64,000 nucleotides of DNA, taken from assembly GCA_965603825.1 (NCBI GenBank), contig CBFDEM010000037.1, forward strand, positions 124,001 to 188,000. The letters are read 5' to 3'. Numbering within the stretch: the first letter of the stretch is position 1; each line of letters starts with the position of its first letter. The DNA is from Blepharisma stoltei ATCC 30299 (Eukaryota > Protista > Ciliophora). The position numbers and the translations under genes were made by a program. Under the pieces are notes generated by a model, which saw only the letters and a list, made by a program, of their open reading frames with translations, ran no database searches and was not told where the DNA came from. Positions 57,876 to 64,000 of the stretch are shown one piece after another.

Positions 57876-58898
57876 ATGGACGAACAGGATTCTGGGCTTC
57901 TGCCTCGAAGTATTTCACCTTCTCCTCCAAATTCGAGGCAAAGGTCTTCAATCCTTCCTGACTTAAATTTGCAGCAGCCAATGAGGAAAACATTTTCAAC
58001 CAGATTCTCAATTAAAGTCCGTAGAAATAAAACCAAGCAGCCTAGACCATCTAAAAATTTATCAATGATCGCAGAAAGCCACCAAACGCAAGATGATATA
58101 CGCACTGAGCGCATTCAGCATCGACCCCGCATAACTGCTCAGTCATGGGTAGTAATGGGCGGAAAAAAGGGCAAAATTTTAGACGGCAAAGATGTAGATA
58201 ACCCGAGAGAAATTGCAAGTCTCACGAAAATCATGACTTGCTTTGTAGTATTAAATGAACTAAATAGCCATAAAAAAGACCTAGATGAAAAAATTATAGT
58301 GTCGAAAAATGCTGCCAGTATGCAAGGAACCTCAGCTTTGCTTGCAGCTGGAGACGAAGCAACTATTCGCGATCTTCTCCACGGTCTAATGCTGCCTTCC
58401 GGTAACGACGCTGCTGTCGCTCTTGCCGAATTCGTTGGAAATCTTCTCAGCCCCAGCTCTTTAGACCCAGTCGGGGCTTTTGTCACCAAAATGAATGAGA
58501 CCTGCAAGCTCTACAAGCTTACATCAACCTGCTTCTCAAACCCTCATGGCATGTCTACCTCAATAAACCTTTCTACAGCAAAAAACATTTCGACACTTGC
58601 CTCAATCGTATGTACAAACGAGCAATTCATGCGCATTGTGAACACACAAAGCTACAGATGTGTCCTTAGAAACACAAAAGGAAATAGGGAAATAGAATGG
58701 AACAACACAAACAAACTGTTGAAACTAGGATTTTCAGGAGTAAAAACAGGATTCACCCCGAACGCGGGACCCTGCTTGTGTAGCATTGCTGAAAAAAGGA
58801 AAAGAAAAATCATCATCGTGCTTCTTAATTCAGCAACACCCGGGAGTAGATGGAGTGAGAGCACAAATCTGCTCAAATGGGCTAGTAAATATTTTTAA
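57876..58898 (+). CDS. Serine D-Ala-D-Ala carboxypeptidase-like protein (peptidase S11), paralogue 2
   Basis: IASLTKIMT, LMLPSGNDAA, FSNPHG, GVKTGFT; Ser/Pro/Arg-rich N-terminus, no signal peptide. Confidence 0.9.
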   Translation: MDEQDSGLLPRSISPSPPNSRQRSSILPDLNLQQPMRKTFSTRFSIKVRRNKTKQPRPSKNLSMIAESHQTQDDIRTERIQHRPRITAQSWVVMGGKKGKILDGKDVDNPREIASLTKIMTCFVVLNELNSHKKDLDEKIIVSKNAASMQGTSALLAAGDEATIRDLLHGLMLPSGNDAAVALAEFVGNLLSPSSLDPVGAFVTKMNETCKLYKLTSTCFSNPHGMSTSINLSTAKNISTLASIVCTNEQFMRIVNTQSYRCVLRNTKGNREIEWNNTNKLLKLGFSGVKTGFTPNAGPCLCSIAEKRKRKIIIVLLNSATPGSRWSESTNLLKWASKYF

Positions 58899-58932
58899 AG
58901 TAAATTTTAGTAAAAATAGGATAATAAGAAAT

Positions 58933-61900
58933 ATGGATCTAGCTTTAAAGATAGCTTCACTTTTGGAATCCACTTTTAAAGCTACGTCAACTGACCAAGT
59001 GAGATCTGCAGAAGCAGAACTAGAGACTCTGAGTCAAGACAAAGAAAATTTTTTACAGTCATTGCTTTATATATTGACTTCAAGCCAAGCTGCAATATCT
59101 GAGAAGGTGAAAATCTCTGCAAGTGTAAACCTGAAGAATTTTCTTTTAAAAGTGCTAAATGAAGAAAATCTGAACTCAGTAGCCAAAGAGCATATAGCGA
59201 AATCAATATTTAATGCCTTGGTAGCTCCAGAAAGCACTATATCTTTGCAAAACTCTTTAGGATTGGCCCTGGTCCCTCTATTTATGGCTGACTTGTCAGA
59301 CCCCCAACAAGGCTTAATGCAAATTACTTTACCATTAGTAGCTAACTACCTTGGCGGGGAAAAACACCAGATATTAGGATCTTTTGTAGCTATAAGATCT
59401 ATTTATGGGGTGTTTTCTGATAATGAAAGCTTATTCCCAGTTTTTAAGCATCTTTTAGACCCTTTACTTGCAGTGGCTCAAAAAGAAATTTATGCAATAC
59501 AAAAAGGAGTCTACGAAAACAATGAATATTTATTATTAGATGGCTGTGAAATAATTAACGAGTGGGCTATTACATTAGGTGCAATTTTCGAGTATTTTGA
59601 GCTTATTTCAAAACCTAGTTTTGCAGAAATCAGCACTATGCAGAACTTAGCTGAAACTTTTAAATCAATTTTACAGTTATCAATTACCAGCTCACAAGAG
59701 TTAATTTGTCTGGAAACCAAAATTCACCATCTAAAACTAAATGAAGCCAAAACCCAAATTCTTACCTGCATTGTAAATATTCTGGGATTCCTTTCAGAAT
59801 CAAATATGAAGGTAGCAGAGGATAATTCTAACGCAAAAACCTTAGAAATCCCAAAGGATATGCAGAATTCTCCATTTATAAATATAATAATGGAACTTGT
59901 AAGCCCTCTTACACAAACTATCCATTCTGTTATATCATTAGCTGATTATGAAGAACTGCTGCAGACTGAAAATATATCAAACTATCTGAATGAAATTCTG
60001 CTTATTTTATGTAAAGCATGCTACGATAACAGATTTTTAAGCTTTTTTTTAAATAGCTACAAACAAATTATCGTGGAAATAATCCTCCCAATAATAAAAT
60101 CCTCACAAAATGATTTAGAAAAGTTCGAATTGATGCCAGAAGAATTTGTACTAATGTCAAAAGACATGTGTGACCAGCAGCAATCTGACATATTAAAAAT
60201 CACCAGTGCTTTACTATTAAAAACAATTTCAGAAAAAATTGACGGCTCATTGAGTTTTGCAGTAAATTTTGTGTCTGAACTTATTGATAAAACAGTTGTA
60301 AAAGGAAACCCAGAGTCTTTCAGTCTTTTAACTCAGTTCAAAAATGCATCAATTCTTTATGTTTCAGAAACACTTGCAATTGATACTTCTCTCTCTGTGC
60401 TCTGCATACTTTCCCACTTTATTAAAAAACGTCCAGATCTTTCTGATTTACTTGATGCTATAATTGGGACCCATTTATCAGCTTTTTCAGCAGTCACAGA
60501 TGGCCTTATTCTGCACCGTCTCTGTTTAATAGTCCACTATTTCTGTGTATCTATTTTCACTCATGATACTTCTAGCTTTATAAACCTCGTCCAAATCCTA
60601 CTTAACTGTTGCAATCCCAGCACAACTCCAAAAGCTACAAATATTCAAGCCTGCGAAACCCTTGGCTATATGCTTCAAGAAGACACAGTTTGCATAAGAC
60701 TTGACTCGCTACTGTCCAACATAATCATAACTTTTATCCACTTAATTCCTATACAAAACAATAAAGAATTTTTTGAAGCCATCCAAGAAGTCGTCGCAGG
60801 CAACACTGACTTGGTGTACCCTCACCTAGAAATATTTGTAAACGCCATCGTACAGAAAATCCAAAGCGAAGTTATGAGGCTGAAGCAGGAAAATAACGAA
60901 GATTCTGATGGGCCTAAAGAGAAGTCAAGCGTGGTTATTTCAAAGTGCTGGAACATTATAAGAATGCTTTTAGAAGCCCGAGAGCTAGAAACCCAACAAA
61001 TTTTAGACCTAGAAAAAACGCTAACCCCTCTGTTTAACTTTATGACAAATCCAAAAGAAATTGATTTTGATGACGAAATCGTTATTTTTGAGATCGGATT
61101 GATGAAGAAACTGAATATGGTGACGACTATTGGATGGGCGCTGTTTCCTTATTTAAATTTAATTCAAGAAAAATATGAAGGGACTTTTATACAGCTGTTT
61201 CCGCTGATGAATTGTTATTTACATTATGGAAGAGAAGTGATCGCTGCAAACCCAAATATGCTGACTGCTGTAGTTTCTATGTGCAGACAATGCTTGTTTT
61301 CAAGCTATAAAGGGAAACCTAATGAAGGCACAAATTCTGAAGCAGCCTTGATACTTCAGCAAATCTTGTATACCTATGTAGGACAAATTGATTTTTTGTT
61401 AGGAGAAATTCTTGCAATGACGATGAACAGGCTCACAGAACAAATAAATCATGACTTTTTTAGGGTTAGGCTACTAGGTGTTGCTCTTGCTGCGTTTGCT
61501 TATAACTGCCAGATGACTTTTCAGATTTTAAACTCGATCCCTTTAATAGAAGAAAGAACCAGTTTAGACTTGGTAATCGACCTGACAGTGCTTCAAGCAA
61601 AATGTTTTACCCACCAGCATGACAAAAAAGTCACCACTTTAGCCTTGACAACAATTCTTTCACAAGAAGTAATGCCTGAGACTGTTTCAAGCAAAATTTC
61701 TGAGATATTTCAGACTTTGATAGAAATTCTGATCCCTGCAACTACAAAAAATGCAATAATCCTTAAAAAGCAAGACATGATGATCTATGAAATGCTCAAG
61801 TCTATGAGCTCACAGCAGGAAGAGAATGAAGAATCAGATGAATATAAAAAAATGCTAAAAAATGCGGACACTGAAGAAATGGAAGCTACCCTTGCCATAG

Positions 61901-62142
61901 CGTCTTTTATGGATCCATTGCAAGATCTTGATGAATATGAACAATTCAGAGGGTTTATTAAAAGGCTGAGCACTGCAAGCCCAAATGCTTTAAGTTTTTT
62001 GATGGCCAAGCTGGAAAAAGAAAAGGTCGCTCATCTGTCAAGTATTTTACAGTTTAAGAGAGTAAAAATAACAGGGTTCTCGGCAGGCACAACTGATGTG
62101 AGAAGAGTCGTCAAGGCGAAGAAAAAAAACAAACCAAATTAA
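58933..62142 (+). CDS. Importin-beta family protein (importin-7/8-like)
   Basis: Start MDLALK; AEAELE..ASVNLKN (IBN_N), FELMPEEFV, HDKKV..L, HEAT-repeat composition. Confidence 0.82.
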   Translation: MDLALKIASLLESTFKATSTDQVRSAEAELETLSQDKENFLQSLLYILTSSQAAISEKVKISASVNLKNFLLKVLNEENLNSVAKEHIAKSIFNALVAPESTISLQNSLGLALVPLFMADLSDPQQGLMQITLPLVANYLGGEKHQILGSFVAIRSIYGVFSDNESLFPVFKHLLDPLLAVAQKEIYAIQKGVYENNEYLLLDGCEIINEWAITLGAIFEYFELISKPSFAEISTMQNLAETFKSILQLSITSSQELICLETKIHHLKLNEAKTQILTCIVNILGFLSESNMKVAEDNSNAKTLEIPKDMQNSPFINIIMELVSPLTQTIHSVISLADYEELLQTENISNYLNEILLILCKACYDNRFLSFFLNSYKQIIVEIILPIIKSSQNDLEKFELMPEEFVLMSKDMCDQQQSDILKITSALLLKTISEKIDGSLSFAVNFVSELIDKTVVKGNPESFSLLTQFKNASILYVSETLAIDTSLSVLCILSHFIKKRPDLSDLLDAIIGTHLSAFSAVTDGLILHRLCLIVHYFCVSIFTHDTSSFINLVQILLNCCNPSTTPKATNIQACETLGYMLQEDTVCIRLDSLLSNIIITFIHLIPIQNNKEFFEAIQEVVAGNTDLVYPHLEIFVNAIVQKIQSEVMRLKQENNEDSDGPKEKSSVVISKCWNIIRMLLEARELETQQILDLEKTLTPLFNFMTNPKEIDFDDEIVIFEIGLMKKLNMVTTIGWALFPYLNLIQEKYEGTFIQLFPLMNCYLHYGREVIAANPNMLTAVVSMCRQCLFSSYKGKPNEGTNSEAALILQQILYTYVGQIDFLLGEILAMTMNRLTEQINHDFFRVRLLGVALAAFAYNCQMTFQILNSIPLIEERTSLDLVIDLTVLQAKCFTHQHDKKVTTLALTTILSQEVMPETVSSKISEIFQTLIEILIPATTKNAIILKKQDMMIYEMLKSMSSQQEENEESDEYKKMLKNADTEEMEATLAIASFMDPLQDLDEYEQFRGFIKRLSTASPNALSFLMAKLEKEKVAHLSSILQFKRVKITGFSAGTTDVRRVVKAKKKNKPN

Positions 62143-62204
62143 ATGTTAAGGATTTTAATTTTATTAGCAAGAGTCATGAGCAATATATATAACTTAAATA
62201 TAAA

Positions 62205-63251
62205 ATGGCCAGGCCTAAAGGAGTCCCAGAATCCGTAGAATACATATCCCTTCCTTTCTATCCTCTTTTATCAGGTGGAATCACAGCATTTCACAGGCCT
62301 TCAATTCGAGGCATTTCTATCCTAGCCCAATCCACTCCATGCACAACAGTATTTACCCTCCAATCTGAGCACGAATGCCCACATGAAATTGAAAAAGCTT
62401 GCTTAGACCACGGTCTTAAATGAGTATGAATTTGCTTACAAGGCGCAAATAAAAAATTATTAGAAGGCAATAAAGCGTCGACTGCAATTAGATCTGGGCT
62501 ACTTGATGCTAGAAAAAGACTAGACAAAGGTGAATTTTTATACATTCATTGTGCGGCTGGAATACATAGGACAGGGTTATTTATTTATGCTTTGATCAGG
62601 ATTTGTGGGTATTCGAAGCAAGAGACTTTGAATATTGTGAAATCAATTAGGGTAGCTACATATGAAAAATGCGGAAGCATGAGATTTGATTTAGGTGAAG
62701 GGATTGCTATAAATATATTAAATGGGACTGTTGGCAAACAAATTGAAGGGCTGGAAAGCTTGAAAAGTGAAGAATTCATAGAAAGTCCTTTTATGTGGAT
62801 AAAACTGATACCAACTCATCAGGAAATGATCAGATTTGAATGCATTCTGACTGACAAAGAGCTTAATAGATATGTTTTAGGAAGTGTGGTGAGCTTGAAA
62901 ATAAATTTTAAATATTTGTTAAAAGAATTAGGGGAGAAATGAATGCAGGCTAGAGATGTTTTGTATTCACCAGAACAAAATTCAAAGAGCTTCAAGCCTT
63001 ATTTAAGAGAATTGACAGATTTTTGTATTGAAACTTTTGGTAAATCGAAAGCTCAATTGATTGGAAAAGATGTGTATATAGAAAAACAGTTTATTGACAA
63101 ATTTTGGCAGCCTTTGAATGATCATCTATGGGAAGAACCAATAAATTTGACATCTATTGAAATAGCATTGGGTTTAGAATCAAATGTTAACACAAGTCTT
63201 GTTGAAGATATTTTATATTTTCGACATATAAAAGATACTTATTTTATTTAA
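62205..63251 (+). CDS. Cys-based (DSP/PTP) phosphatase fused to a degenerate oligoribonuclease (Orn/REXO2)-like domain, 348 aa
   Basis: Three track ORFs join through TGA at 62421, 62427 and 62940; HCAAGIHRTG starts at 62547; C-terminal half aligns with Orn. Confidence 0.82.
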
Positions 63252-63382
63252 TGTTATATAATTATAGCTCTGCTCTATGTTTTTTTTAATTTAAAAAATT
63301 TTAGCAGTCTTATCTTAAGATCTCATTTCACAAAAATCTAATAGGTTAAAAATAATGAAAATAATTAGTATAATTAGAAGAT

Positions 63383-63832
63383 ATGGATCTCTATAAAAAA
63401 CTCGAACAATACATATTTGAAGGAGAAATGTATCAAGCAGCCATGTACGACCTTCAAAACAAAGCATCCCTCAGCATGATCGAAAAACAAAAATTAAAAA
63501 AAGCATACAGCCAAGGCTGGTGGCTTGGAAATTTAATTCAATGTTCAATCTTAATAGGCTCAATGATGCTTATGGATAAAAAATTAGCAAAATTTACCAG
63601 AGAAAAAAAAGCAGCATTTTATATTGTAGGAATTGGGATGTATTATTTCGCCTTCATACTGACAAAATCATTCGGATGGCATCATAGCTTTTCACAAGTT
63701 GAACCAATAGTTAGACAATATGTCGAAGAGGCAACTCCAGAGGAGATAGCAAAACTCCAAGGAGAAATACCAAAATCAATTAAAACTTTGATTTCAAAGA
63801 AAAATGATAGCAAAGAGAGTCAAAAAGAATAA
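63383..63832 (+). CDS. Small two-TM membrane protein
   Basis: 149-aa ORF with two hydrophobic segments. Confidence 0.65.
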   Translation: MDLYKKLEQYIFEGEMYQAAMYDLQNKASLSMIEKQKLKKAYSQGWWLGNLIQCSILIGSMMLMDKKLAKFTREKKAAFYIVGIGMYYFAFILTKSFGWHHSFSQVEPIVRQYVEEATPEEIAKLQGEIPKSIKTLISKKNDSKESQKE

Positions 63833-64000
63833 ATTAACTAGGCTTATTAATCAGTCAATTTTTGCTTAAATTATAAGGGTGATACTACTTAGATAGCGCT
63901 TTAATTATGAACCTCTAAAATTGATTAAATTATATAAAAATTAAAAGAATAAATTAATTAAGAATCATTATCTCTTTGAAGTTCAACCACTTTTTGTGTT

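Noticed and set aside
58786-58932. Apparent overlap of the importin ORF with the carboxypeptidase gene
   Set aside because: The track uses a TTG start; the plausible ATG (MDLALK) is at 58933, after the upstream stop.
1597-62779. Numerous antisense ORFs in the track (e.g. 4562, 6840, 18235, 36449, 50469, 58139)
   Set aside because: They are F/S/L-rich shadows of real genes on the opposite strand with no recognisable motifs.
1-64000. Many 'broken' ORFs as pseudogenes, or TGA as selenocysteine
   Set aside because: TGA falls at conserved Trp positions in unrelated families and aligns with TGG in a paralogue; the remaining breaks are explained by 15-16 nt introns.
1-64000. Bacterial (Mollicute) or mitochondrial origin because of code 4 and bacterial-like genes
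   Set aside because: Eukaryotic ribosomal proteins, Rab, importin, CDK and spliceosomal introns are interleaved with those genes.
1-64000. CRISPR arrays, rRNA genes or DNA-transposon TIRs
   Set aside because: No regularly spaced repeats, rRNA-like sequence or transposase motifs were seen.

Overview
AT-rich, extremely gene-dense eukaryotic DNA, most likely the somatic (macronuclear) genome of a Blepharisma-like heterotrich ciliate. Two features support this: in-frame TGA encodes Trp (it sits at conserved Trp positions in Rab, TBC, ankyrin, P5-ATPase and RT, and aligns with TGG in a paralogue within the window), and genes carry 15-16 nt GT..AG introns. Many pieces in the supplied ORF track are therefore single genes. 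The window holds about 43 protein genes, an aberrant tRNA-Asp-like gene and a ~4.9 kb single-ORF non-LTR retroelement (gag-like + APE endonuclease + RT). That element uses TGA for all 26 Trp codons and has lost the catalytic core of its endonuclease at a TA-containing junction. Other highlights: a Cys-phosphatase fused to a catalytically dead oligoribonuclease domain; a CDK10/11-type kinase whose obligatory 16-nt intron lacks the branch-point A; two cytosolic D-Ala-D-Ala carboxypeptidase-like paralogues; a degenerate PTPS; a multi-TM RGS protein; and a candidate XRCC4-family gene. All translations and alignments were done by eye or from memory; no searches were run.
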